From contig NC_043011.1 in the NCBI RefSeq assembly GCF_006345805.1, positions 62,322,464 to 62,386,463 on the forward strand: a stretch of DNA of 64,000 nt. Reading direction: 5' to 3'. Shown here in pieces: positions 28,070 through 39,028 of the stretch. The position numbers and the translations under genes were made by a program. This DNA is from Octopus sinensis (taxonomy: Eukaryota). Numbering within the stretch: position 1 is the stretch's first letter; each line of letters starts with the position of its first letter. Below the pieces are notes generated by a model. It saw only the letters and a list, made by a program, of their open reading frames with translations, made no database searches and was not told the DNA's origin.

Positions 28070-28320
28070 AGTGTGCTTAGTGGATAGGCTGTCAGCATCA
28101 TGATCGTAAGATTGTGATTTCGAATTCCTGGAACGGGCGACGCGGTGCGTTCTTGAGCAAAACACTTCATTTCACGTTGCTCCAGTCTACTCAGCTGGCA
28201 AAAATGAGTAACGCTGCGATGGACTGGCGTCCCGTCCAGCTGGGGAACACATACACCACAGAAACCGGGAAACCGGGCCCATGAGCCTGGCTAGGCTTTA
28301 AAAGGGCGCATTTATTTATT
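28070..28320 (+). mobile_element. tRNA-derived SINE, family C
   Basis: cttagtggatagg...gatttcgaattcc...gttcttgagcaaaacacttcatttcacgttgctccagt...agctggcaaaaatgagt. Related heads at about 5700-5895 (-), 39940-40090, 42915-43210, 43660-43900 and 61620-61920. Confidence 0.75.
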
Positions 28321-28799
28321 ATTTTATGTATATAGATATATATATGTATGAAGTAATTATCGCTGCTATGTGATATGAAGTTTCATGTAAGCTACGGTAA
28401 AAAAAAAAAAAGGAAAGGAAGAGAAGAACAATAAAGAATAATATAAAAGGAAAGAAGAAAAAGAAGGGAAATCTCTAAGTGATCCAACAGAAATTTGTGT
28501 TCTTGCGAAATTTATCTCCTGCGCCTCACCATTATTGCAAACATAAGCGATTTCATTGAAATTAATCTGACTTCGTCGTTAATGGCTTCGCGTCGCTGTT
28601 TCCTCACCACTCACGGCTTTGTGGTATCTGTTGACGAATGGTATTTTCTATTACTCTGAACGTCAGACCATCTGTAATGCAATACTGTCACCGGACACTA
28701 TTTATTTACCATTGATGTAACAGTCCACCGTGGTTGACACCACTAATTAGGTGTTCTGGGCTTGGCTGGTTATGTTTAGTGGGTGGTGTGTTTGGACTT

Positions 28800-29600
28800 G
28801 AGTTGACCCGAGTGACGACAGGGTGGTGGTTGTGGTGGTTGTTGTGGTGGTGGTGGTGGGGTGTTTGGGCTTGAGTTGACTCGAGTGATGATGAGGGGGG
28901 GTAGTGGTGGTGGTGGTGGTGGTGGGCCGGATGGGTCGCTAATCAACATTATCATCGAGAATGAGAAACAGCAGCAACAACAACAACAACAACGCTATCT
29001 CCGTCATCACCAGTTCCATCATCTTCGTCGTCGTCGCCATCGTTGTTGCTGTCTTCATTAACGTCATCTTGCCCTCCCCCTCCCCCTCCCCTTCTTCATC
29101 CCCCTCTTCCTCCTCCTTTCCCCTCTTTCTCCTCATTTTCCCTTCTTCCCCTCTTCCCCTCTTCATCCCCTCTTCTCCCTTTTCCTCCTCCACTTCCCTT
29201 CCTCCTCTTCCCTCTCTTCCTCTTCCCTTCCTCCTCTTCCCTCCCTCCTCCTCCCTTCCTCATACTTTCTTGTTTCCTTCTCCTCCTCCTCCTCCTCTCC
29301 TCCCCTCCTCATCATCATCATCATGAACTTCCTTCTCATCGTCGTCATCGTCATCATCATCGCTATCTTCAACATGGCGTGGTTGTCTGTTAAGAAGTTT
29401 GTTTACCAACCACCACCACCACCACCACCACCACAACCACCACCAACAACAACAACACCTTCATGAGCGTCGGCAACAACAAAATCCTTCCCTTGGCTAA
29501 CACTACGATTGGCGACGATGACGATCACCACCACCACCACCACCACCACCACCACCACCACCACCACCACCACCACCACCACCACCACCGTCACCATCAG
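28800..29600. repeat. Compound trinucleotide/pyrimidine low-complexity tract
   Basis: (GGT)n, (CAA)n, (CCT)n, (CAT)n and (CAC)n runs seen directly. Confidence 0.85.
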
Positions 29601-30631
29601 TTATTATCCCGATCACATTTTACTATTGTGTTTAATGAAAGAACGGACATATTACCAAATACATGAATTAATAATTCAATGCGCAGCGGTTTTTGGTAAT
29701 CAGAAACCTAATATGATGTAAGGTATATCTTCGTTGATAAACTGGCAATTTTGGTCTCGCTCCGAAAAGCTAACCCGAGTGCTTACGTCACTAAAAATTG
29801 TTTCTATCAGTCTGTAGGTTATAAAAGGCATCAATTTGATTAATTTCTAGTCTTCTTCACCTGAGAAAGAATGGCTAATTACTCTCTCTTGAAGAGCTAA
29901 ATAACAAAATAGTACACTTTAAAGAACTATACATTGTTTATCTTGCCGTCATTAGAGGATGGCTTAACTTTCTCTGATGATGATCGAAGAATCCTAGAAA
30001 CTAGTCACGTTTCAATACTTTTATTTTCTGCCTACGGAGAGATAAGGCTTGTGATGAACAAGCGCTTTGTTTTCACTTTCTGTTGCAAGGTTAACGCTGA
30101 ATGTTTATTTCAAGAATAAATAATAATAAACCTTAATTTTTTAATTATCCTACCAAAAATGTTGTTTAGTAAACTATGAAATTTTTTTTTATAATAATAT
30201 TGTTATTGTCACGTTACTTACATGTATACATATTTATATTACAACAGCGAAAAGAGATCTTCCTAAGTCTATCGTATCGTTTGGAAACAGAATACGGGCA
30301 TGAAGAACAAATGAGGTGGCCAGTATAGGAACGCCTTTGATCATTGATTTGCTTGACCAGTGCTGATCTAAAGAACGTCATCAGTACACGTGTACTGATC
30401 ACTCATTCCTGTCAGTAAAATTATTAGCAATAGTATTATGACCCTTCACAATTTAACGTGGAAACCCTTAACCCAATGGTTCGCGTCAGGGTTCCATATG
30501 ATCCTTGGGAGTCCTATGTGACCCCTGGAGTCCTATGTGACCCTGGGAAACTTCTACTATGAATATAATATTTTAGCATTTTTTATATATATAATTCCTT
30601 ATATTTCATAATAAAAACAAGATTTTTTCAT

Positions 30632-31066
30632 TTCTATATTTAAGAGATGACGAATTATGTACATTATTTACATTATTTACATTTGACGGGCATATGGTGT
30701 AGGGGTTAAGAACGCGGACTACTAACTCCAAGATTCCGAGTTCGATTCCAAGCAGTGACGTGAATAATAATGATAATAGCAATAACAATAATAATAATAA
30801 TAATAATAATAACAACAACAACATCGAAAAATACCTTAGGTTCGAAATTTCCCCGAGACACCTGATGAAGGCTGGAGAGTATATCAGCTGAAACATTGTG
30901 TTAACAACAAACAAGATGAGGACAAATATCCGTCAAATGTAAATAATGTAAATAATGTGCATAATTCCTCATCTCTGAAATATAGAACTGCATCTTAGTC
31001 AATACTCTAACATTTCCTTTAATCCTCCGCTCTAGAATGGCGATATAGTTTATCGATAAAATGCTC
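30632..31066 (+). mobile_element. tRNA-headed SINE with (AAT)n core and PLE-type hammerhead tail, flanked by a 58-bp inverted repeat
   Basis: Head gggcatatggtgtaggggttaag (from 30688), B-box gagttcgattcc (30738-30749), (AAT)n, hammerhead 30857-30902, tail with tgtaaataa repeats. 30632-30689 is the reverse complement of 30930-30987 (55/58 identical). Confidence 0.85.
30857..30902 (+). ncRNA. Minimal type I hammerhead ribozyme motif, family 1
   Basis: gacac-CTGATGA-a-ggctg-gagagtatat-cagct-GAAA-ca-TT-gtgtt: stem I gacac/gtgtt, stem II ggctg/cagct; the stem III palindrome ACGT has decayed to ACAT. Confidence 0.6.
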
Positions 31067-31082
31067 AATACACACACACACA

Positions 31083-31119
<37 letters not shown>

Positions 31120-31425
31120 GCTTATCTGGCTTGCCAGATAGAAATACGCAAACATACATACGTACACAGACATGCACGCAAGCACACTAGCATCATAAGC
31201 GGTTCCTCAGTCGGCGTGCATTGTTCAAGCTAAGACACTAATGACACAAAATTGAAGGACGATGAGGTTAATTCTGGAACATTCGAGTCAATAAAATACG
31301 AAAAATACCGGAACAAAATCTGGTTTTTCCTTTTCACTGTTTTCTTTGTCTACCTTTCTTACATTTTCCCTCTCTTTCTCGCTTTCTCTCATTCAATGTT
31401 TTTGTCTATATCTCTTTCTCCCCCC
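31120..31425 (-). repeat. Dispersed repeat X, inverted copy of 22735-23040
   Basis: See 22735-23040. Confidence 0.85.
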
Positions 31426-32261
31426 CCACACACGCGCACGCATATATATATATATACACACATACACACACACACGTATACATATACATACACACATTTT
31501 GTTTTACGGTCACTCGTTTGCTAGGAATAAAAACCGAAATATCACTTAAATCATATTTCGTCTCTGGATTTGGTTTGCAAGATTCTTTATATGAGTTCGT
31601 GTGTTGAAGCATGTTCTGTTGTGTCTGCGGAGAGTCATTTTCTTTTTGTGCCTTATTATTTAACACACTCACTGGTAAAATTTCCACTTATTTCTTATTT
31701 TTATTTTCCTAAAATTTTCGTTGCGTCTTGCAACCTTTTTAATAGTGAAGACTATTAAATCAGACACTTAAATCATATAATCAAAAAAGGAGGGGGTACT
31801 TCAGATAATGTAGTGATAGGTTTGTGATGGTGAATCGTTTTAGACCGCTGTGTGGCAATGATAATCCTGCTTTTGGAACGTTAGTTACATATTTTAGTTT
31901 GAAGTAAATCCTTTAAATGAAGTTACTCAGAACATAAGACTACCATGCAGACAGTTTCTTTCTTTTTTTTTCAAGGTCCATCTTGTGTCACTTGCAAGCT
32001 TGCGGTATGCCATTGCTGACACGCGTGGTGTAGGTTCGCTACACGGTTTTACATACGATATATCAGAAAACACGTGATGGTCACGGATTGATCGCTTTTT
32101 ATCATTGATGTGTTTGGTCAGGTATAAGCTGGGGTTAACTAATAATGATGACCACAACAACAACAACAATAAAAGCACCAGCTGCATAATATTTCTCTCA
32201 GCTAACATTAGCCATTTGTTGATTCTTTTCCAATTATTTTGAAATTCGCGGACAGAAACTC

Positions 32262-32612
32262 AGAGGAACAATATTCTTCTTTTATTGTTTTAATTGTTTC
32301 AGTCATTCGACTGCGGTCATGCTGGGGCACCGCCTTGAAGCATTTTAGTCGAACAAATCGACCACAGGGGTTAATTTTTAAGCCCGGCACTTATTCTATC
32401 GGTCTCTTTTGATGATTACGGGGACGTAAACATACCAACACCGGTTGTCAGGCGGTGATGGGGAACAAATACACACGCGCGCGTGCAAGCACACACATAT
32501 ACAGTGATCTTCTTTAAGTATCTGTTTACCGAGGCTAAAGTAGAAGTCACTTGCCCTACGTGCCACGCAGTGGGACTGAACCCGGAACCAAGCTTCTTAC
32601 CACACAGCCACG
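32262..32612 (-). mobile_element. tRNA-derived SINE, family B, internally shortened
   Basis: Tail (ttgtttcagtcattcgactgcggtcatgctgggg...) and head (...gtgggactgaacccggaacc...cttaccacacagcc) on the - strand. Confidence 0.75.
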
Positions 32613-33266
32613 CTTCACGTCGTAACTACTTAGTGTCGAGTTCAGTCCGGCGAGATACTTTGAACAAATTTTTTTTTGTTCATCTTATATAGGTTAGGAC
32701 CGACTAGAATCCTATTGAATGAAATTTGGTAGACGGAAATTGTAAGGAAGCTGGTCAGCGATAGTTTCTGATGGCAACACTGAGTTCATCCATCGCCCGG
32801 CTTCACACCACCACCTAATTCTCGGTATCATTGGTGGAGTTCCCTTTGTTGCTGATATTTGTGCCAGATTCCTAATCGGAGAAAAACAGCCTCCCACTGA
32901 GGCCCGGTTTGACACCCTCACATGGTTTTGGATGCCTTTGATTGAGTCCCCTCTATTATAACCATTCGGGTCAGGTCTTCAGTCACAGAAACATCCTTTC
33001 CCTTTATTTCAGGGCTGGTTTGACATAATCCCTTGGTTCTGGGGCCTTTGGCAGAGTCTTCTGTATTGGAAACCCACGCGTAAGGGCTCTAGTTTATAGA
33101 AAATACAAACTTTTTATTTCAAGTCCTGATATAAAGTATTATACTGGTTGCCTTTCTGCTTTTGACTAAACGATAAAAATTAAAACCAGAAAATTGATTT
33201 TAAAAATGAGCTTCAATTAATATGACCTCCTGTCTGACACTGTTTTATTTTTTTGTTTTTCAGTTG

Positions 33267-33278
33267 ATGCAATCCTAA
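33267..33278 (+). promoter_or_regulatory. Minimal in-frame upstream ORF (M-Q-S-stop) abutting the main start codon
   Basis: The exon begins at 33264 after the acceptor ttttttgtttttcag. It reads TTG ATG CAA TCC TAA ATG AGG, with ATG at 33267, TAA at 33276-33278 and the main ATG at 33279. Confidence 0.6.
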
Positions 33279-34452
33279 ATGAGGCCCATTCAAACAACCC
33301 TGTTACTATTAGCACTATGTGTGTACGGAGCACTGAGCGTGATTCGGAAAAAAAGAAGCATTTTAGATACGGCCGAAAATCCGAGCGACCTGCATGAAGC
33401 TTTGCGTGTACTTGAACGTGAAAGGCGGCGTTTTCAATTGCATGCAGCCGACGAGGTACTCCCTCAGGAAGGCATACAATATCAAGATCAACCGATCATA
33501 GTTGATAATCAAGGGGATGACAATGACGTCGTTGATGAAGTTGATGAAGACGAGGAGGAGGATAGTGAAAATGCAGGAAGTCTGAATGATGCAAATTCTG
33601 ATAACTTGCTCTACTACGGTCCGGAACAAGCTCGTGACGTACAAAGTTTGATGAGTCAGATTGAAGAAGATCCTTTAGAACGAGCAGGTGATCGTGACAG
33701 ACGTTTGAATTCATTCGGGCTCTCAGATGCAAAAGACGATCTAGCTTTAAATAAGAGGCCTTCACTTGATTCAGATTATAAAAGGCTTTATAAAAAGTAC
33801 GCCAAGAAAATGGCTAAGCGAAATAACTTGACGCCAGAAAACGCCGACGCTGTGGAATCTGCATTTAACAACTTAACGCCAGAAGAAATTGAAAACTTAA
33901 TTTTACTCGCCGGTCGTTTGCAAAATCGAGAAATCGAAAAGAAGCTAAACATGGATGACTTAACATCTGATAAAAAACGGGACCGAAAGCGAGGAAAATT
34001 TGAAGAAGCAGACGACAGAAACACGCTGAGTGCAGCTGAACTGCGGGATTTGATACAAAACAACGCCATGTCAGACGATATTGATGAGTCAACAACAGAA
34101 GATGGTTATGGAAGCCGGCAATTTCAGAGAGAAATGGAAGACGAACCAGGAGATAATCTTATTGTTGATGACCAGTCGAATAGCGATTTGATGGAGATGA
34201 GCATCGGTGATCTGGCGAAATTAGACAAACTACAGCGTCTGCAAAAACAATTCATGAAAGATGCTGAGATTGCTGAGGAAAACAGCTTGAATGAACAGGA
34301 TGAAAATAAAGATGAGAGCTGGGTGCCACAGCAGAGCAGCATGGCAGAAGATTTGGTTCCTGTTTCTGATTCACTGCAAGGAGAGGATGGGGATGAGGAA
34401 GAATCATCAGATTTTAATGCTGAAAATCAAGAAATAGGAACACCAGATATAG
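33279..34452 (+). CDS. First coding exon of an acidic secretory precursor (granin/secretogranin-II-like prohormone)
   Basis: 391-codon, non-repetitive, D/E-rich ORF. Signal peptide MRPIQTTLLLLALCVYGALS, furin-type RKKR at aa 23-26, and many KR/RR/KK sites. Acceptor AG at 33262-33263; donor AG/gtttgt at 34453 (phase 1) joins the next exon in frame. The family call rests on by-eye motif similarity only. Confidence 0.9.
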
Positions 34453-34466
34453 GTTTGTAAACTCAT

Positions 34467-34662
34467 CTCTTCTTCTTCTTCTTCTTCTTCTTCTTCTTCT
34501 TCTTTTTCTTCTTCTTCTTCTTCTTCTTCTTCTTTTTCTTCTTCTTTTCTTCTTCTTCTTTCTTCTTCTTCTTCTTTTTCTTCTTCTTCTTCTTCTTCTT
34601 CTTCTTCTTTTCTTCTTCTTTCTTCTTCTTCTTCTTCTTCTTCTTCTTCTTCTTCTTCTTCT
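34467..34662. repeat. (CTT)n microsatellite of about 65 units just downstream of the donor site
   Basis: Seen directly. Confidence 0.95.
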
Positions 34663-34690
34663 AATTATAATAATAATAATTTGTAGTAGT

Positions 34691-34880
34691 ATTACCTCCG
34701 CCTTAGCGAAGGCGGAAGTATTGTTTTCAGTTGCGTTTGTCTGTCCTTGGAGAAGATATCTCAAGAACCGCATGCTGGATTCGGATGAAACTTTCAAGGA
34801 TGGTTGGCCTCGTGACTGGCACAAACTGATTAGGTTTTGGGATCGATCCGGTACCGGACAAGGATTCTGGATTATTTGTT
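34691..34880 (+). mobile_element. Helentron-associated (HINE/DINE-like) non-autonomous element, partial
   Basis: Begins attacctccgcctt-agcg-aaggcggaagta (hairpin), then ttgttttc...gtttgtctgtc, ...ggatgaaacttt... and a gatccggtaccgga palindrome; this matches the HINE layout as I recall it. Confidence 0.5.
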
Positions 34881-35034
34881 TTATTTACTTTACATGAAGT
34901 ATTACGATATTACGTTCACTTTCAAGTCTTTCTCTGATTATTTCCCTTGAAGGCAAGCTCATGGCTTCCACGTAAGTTATGGCGGCGTTGCTGTTTTCAA
35001 AGTTTTATTTTCGTTTCTCTGTTATTAATTTTAT

Positions 35035-35223
35035 TCGCGTATTTCGTCTGTCTTCATGTTCTGAATTCAAATTCCGCCGAGGTCGACTTTGCCTTTCATC
35101 CTTTCAGAGTCGATAAATTAAGTACCAGTGAAACATTGGGGTCGATGTAATCAACTAATCCCCTCCCTAGAAATCTGAAGCCTATTATTATTATTGTTGT
35201 TGTTATTATTATTATTATTATTA

Positions 35224-35272
<49 letters not shown>

Positions 35273-35490
35273 AAGACGGCGAGCTGGCATAAACTGTAGA
35301 TTTCCGGGGAAAATGCCTTGTGATATAAGTTGCAGTTCTTTACGTTGTAAGTTCAAATGCCGTCTATGTCAACTTTACCGTTCACCTCTCCAGAGTAAAT
35401 AGAATAAAATAGCAACCTAGCACTAGGGACGAAGGTATCGACCAAGCCCCGCCCCTCAAAATCCCCGGCCTTGTGCCAAAAGCAGAAACC
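35035..35490 (+). mobile_element. Two family A SINE copies (about 35035-35180 and 35277-35490) separated by (ATT)n
   Basis: gaattcaaattccgccgaggtcgactttgcc... and gacggcgagctggcat...aagttcaaatgcc... Confidence 0.7.
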
Positions 35491-37004
35491 ACTTAGTTTT
35501 CATGGACTTTATTTTTTGTGAAGGTAAATAGACAAATGCCTAGAGTGTTTGGTTCACGATCACAATGTGGTTTCAATGTCGGCCGGCGCTTTGTGTCCTT
35601 GCGCAACACTGTTCACTTTACATTGCTTCAGACTACTCCCCTGGAAAGGAGTATTGACCAAGTTCTGGTGCAGCTTTCTCCGTCACCCACTTCCTGCAGC
35701 TGTCACAACCTGGATGCTCCACTGGGTCGGAGGGTAGGACAGTTAAAAAGGTGTCTTTTTAACTGTCTACTCGCGGCTGCAAAGGCACCTATGACAATTA
35801 GCAAAAGCACGGCGTATAATATCTGTCCACATTCATTTGGAAGTGAAGGCTTTTTTATATTTGGATAATTTCACCCTTTCTTTTAGAGATTCCAGGTTTT
35901 AGCATTATTCGTGATTTCATTTTGCTTTTGCGTTTTAATTCTATTTTAGATAGACATTTTTAATGTTATCTGACTGCTATATCAAGCGTATTCAATAATT
36001 CCGTAAATGACCCCTCGTTGGCTCATACGATATTGATTGCCCTCTTCGTTAGCTGAAATGTTTCCAGATTATTTGCAAACAACTTGCAGAAACAAGCGTT
36101 ACCAGTCGAAAGTGCTGCAGGCTTACGGGAACATCGAGAGAGAATGCACCCCGTTTCGGTGTCTTGCCCTCGATGCCACTGTTGTGCACCGGTTCCACTT
36201 GGTTACCATGTTTGGTAGTCCAATTGGTTACCATCCCCAGTTGGTTACCCTGTTTTACTCAATATTTCTCTAGTCATTACTCATCACCTCTTTTCAACGA
36301 AATCCAGTGACTTACTTCCTTCTCCACTATAGCCTGGATATCGATCCTGATATTATACTAGGCCTAACGACTACAGCCATCACCTCATACCACTTTTATA
36401 TCTTTATTATTAGTTCTGATGGAATCACATCCTCATCAATTGTGTCCCAGTTATGATCATCCTGTATTTGTCGAGCGCTGACTTTCTTAGATTACATTAT
36501 CCAATGTGTTTTTCCATTTTGAGATAAAGACATGAAGGTATAATTCAATCTGAGCTTGATTTCACTGCTCTAGCTTATCGGTTGAGTCACCACGATAAAG
36601 TCACTCATTGGCTTAAGATTTTCTCAATATCTTTATTGATTGACTTTTCTGTTTTTTTTTTATGGGTGAGAAATTTCCTTTTAATAAAATTGATCGATAT
36701 TATGCATTGAAAATCACATCAAAAAATTAAATTGATCTTTGAATGGTATCATTGATTTTTTTCCTTCAAGGTTACGATTTCCTTTAAACATATTCCAAGA
36801 TTTTGGTTATTAAAAGAAATATGCCAGTTTAAACAATTTGAAATTCTCACGCCCCATATCACAAATTGGAAAAACAGAGAAAATGTCTTGCTAGTTTACT
36901 TATTTTTTTCTTTTTAGAGCGAATGAGGAAACCACTATCTAGTCGCTCGATTTGCTAGAAATAGCAGTGAAATATTTCTCTGATTACACACTTTGCCGTT
37001 TTTC

Positions 37005-37175
37005 TTTTCTAGTCTAGGCACAAGGCTCGAAATTTGGAGGAAAGCGGCCAGTTCACCAGATCGACCCCAGTACGCAACTGGTACTTAATTAGTCGATCCC
37101 GAAAGGATGAAAGGCAAAGTCGACCTCGGAGGAATTTGAACTCAGAACGTAAAGACAGATGAAATGCTTGTGCCT
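37005..37175 (-). mobile_element. tRNA-derived SINE, family A
   Basis: gatcgaccccagtacgcaactggtac...ggatgaaaggcaaagtcgacctcgg...tttgaactcagaacg. Confidence 0.8.
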
Positions 37176-37289
37176 AGAGCAGTGTTTCTGAATCTGTCGC
37201 AACCGAGCCCTCCATTTTCTGAATCGCGTTTAGCAAATTGCAGAACAATAAATAAATAAATAAATAAATAAACAAATAAATCTTGGAGC

Positions 37290-37660
37290 AGGCAAGGCTG
37301 TGTGATAAGAGGATTCTTTCCAAATCATATACTTTTGGTTTCAGTCCCACTGCGTGGCAGCTTTGGTAATTATCTTCCAATATAGGCCCGGGCCGACTGA
37401 AGACTTGTGAGTGGATTTGTTAAACGGAAACTGTAAGAAACCCGTCTCATATATATATATATACATACAAACACGTGCACATATAAATATATATAAGTAT
37501 GCATATGTACTAACGTATGTGTGTTGGTTTCTTTACATCGCCATGACTTAGTAATTAGGTGAAAGAGAACGATTGAATGAATGCAGGGATTGGTTTGTTC
37601 GACATAACTCAGCATGGCTGCAATCCAATGACTGGGGCAAGTAAAAGATAACAGATAAAT
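37290..37660 (+). mobile_element. tRNA-derived SINE, family B, diverged
   Basis: ggctgtgtgataaga...ggtttcagtcccactgcgtggc... head, microsatellite, and tail ending ...agcatggctgc...caagtaaaagata. Confidence 0.7.
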
Positions 37661-37666
37661 AAAAGC

Positions 37667-37853
37667 AGCAGAGACTTCTTTTTAATTCCATGGATTTGTT
37701 CCCCCTATGTTAAATTACTGTCCTCATATTGTTTGTTGTTAACACAACTTTTCGGCTGATATACCCTCCAGCCTTCATCAGGTGTCTTGGGGAAATTTCG
37801 AACCTGTGTTTTCATTCCTAAGATATTTTTCGATGTTGTTGTTGTTGTTGTTG

Positions 37854-37929
<76 letters not shown>

Positions 37930-38054
37930 AGTCACTGCCTGGAATCGAACTCGGAATCTTGGGGTTAGCTCTTAACCACTACGTCATATGCTCACTTCTA
38001 TAGTAATTTAACATAGGGGGAACAAATCCATGGTATTAAAAAGAAGTCTCTGCT
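37667..38054 (-). mobile_element. tRNA-headed SINE with hammerhead tail, flanked by a 53-bp inverted repeat
   Basis: B-box (reverse complement) ggaatcgaactc at 37941-37952, (AAT)n, hammerhead 37741-37786. 37667-37719 is the reverse complement of 38002-38054 (52/53 identical). Confidence 0.85.
37741..37786 (-). ncRNA. Minimal type I hammerhead ribozyme motif, family 1, best-preserved copy
   Basis: gacac-CTGATGA-a-ggctg-gagggtatat-cagcc-GAAA-ag-TT-gtgtt: intact core, perfect stem II and 5-bp stem I; the stem III palindrome ACGT has changed to AAGT. Confidence 0.65.
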
Positions 38055-38349
38055 CGGCGGGACAGTGCTATACAAAAATATAGACGTTAACTCACCGGCA
38101 TCACAACGTCAGATGTTGTTATCTCGACAAAGATTTTGGAGATTGTACTTAAAATATATGTTGTGTCTCGCTTAAATTTTTTACTTCTAAGTAAAATCAC
38201 GATGTTCTGATACATGCAGAATCCGAACGCACCTCCTTGATGTTCTTCGTGTGTTCTTTAAGCACGTAATCTCCACTAGATGGCGTTATCCTCCGGTTAA
38301 AACGACTTATTTTGGGTAATTCATATGTGAGTGATTATCCTACTTTTTT

Positions 38350-38516
38350 GTTGTATAGTGGCTTGCTTACCAACCACACGGTTCCGAGTTCATTCCCACT
38401 GCGTGGCACCTCGGGCAAGTGTCTTGTACTCGGGCTGACCAAAACCTTGTGAGCGGATTTGGCTGACGGAAACTGAAAGGAGCCCTCCGTATATATGTAT
38501 ATATGCATATATATAC

Positions 38517-38558
<42 letters not shown>

Positions 38559-38790
38559 GTGTGTGTGTGTGTATTTGTTTGTTTGTCTGTGTTTGTCCCC
38601 CCAACATCGCTTGACAATCGATGCTGGTGTGTTTACGTCCCCGTAACTTAGCGGTTCGGCAAAAGAGACCGATAGAATAAGTACTAGGCTTACAAAGAAT
38701 AAGCCATGGGGTCGAGTTGCTCGACTAAAGGCGGTACTCCAGCATGGCCGCAGTCAAATAACTGTAACAAGTGAAAGAGAGTAAAAGAGG
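38350..38790 (+). mobile_element. tRNA-derived SINE, family B, full bipartite copy
   Basis: Head ...gcttaccaaccacacggttccgagttcattccc..., TA/TG microsatellite, and tail ...ccccgtaacttagcggttcggcaaaagagaccgatagaataag...agcatggccgcagtcaaa. Confidence 0.85.
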
Positions 38791-39028
38791 GTAAGTGAGT
38801 GGAATAAATCTTCTAACGTGTTTCTCAGCAAAGTGTAATTTAAAAGATCTTTAGTCACTATTTTTAGCATGTCGAATGACCGGCTTCATTCATTTTTGTC
38901 TTACCTCACTGATATAGCATTTGCAATAAATGGTTTCATTTTTCAATTTTCTTAATTTTCCTATGTTCGAATTAGTTTCTTTCCAAAGCTTTCACTTGAA
39001 TTTTTCCTTTTTCTGTTTTCGAAAACAG

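Noticed and set aside
30495-30550. Three 19-bp tandem units (gtgacccctggagtcctat)
   Set aside because: Real but unremarkable short tandem duplication inside a probable repeat.
30688-30760. tRNA gene (and other A/B-box heads in the window)
   Set aside because: No complete cloverleaf or acceptor stem; each head continues into SINE body sequence.
32750-33100. R4/Dong-like LINE remnant on the - strand
   Set aside because: No recognisable contiguous motif after translation.
34453-34460. Stop codon of the 393-aa ORF as the true end of the protein
   Set aside because: The phase 1 donor at 34453 joins 39029 in frame; the GL* end is intron read-through. The alternative gt at 34457 is phase 2 and would break the frame. 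The same applies to the KISPSTFN* end of the 39073 ORF and the ends of the 49730 ORF.
36030-36540. LINE RT N-terminal remnant on the - strand
   Set aside because: Only a vague resemblance (TPKRG...FRLVTLVS) to the RT domain 1 motif; too degenerate to support.
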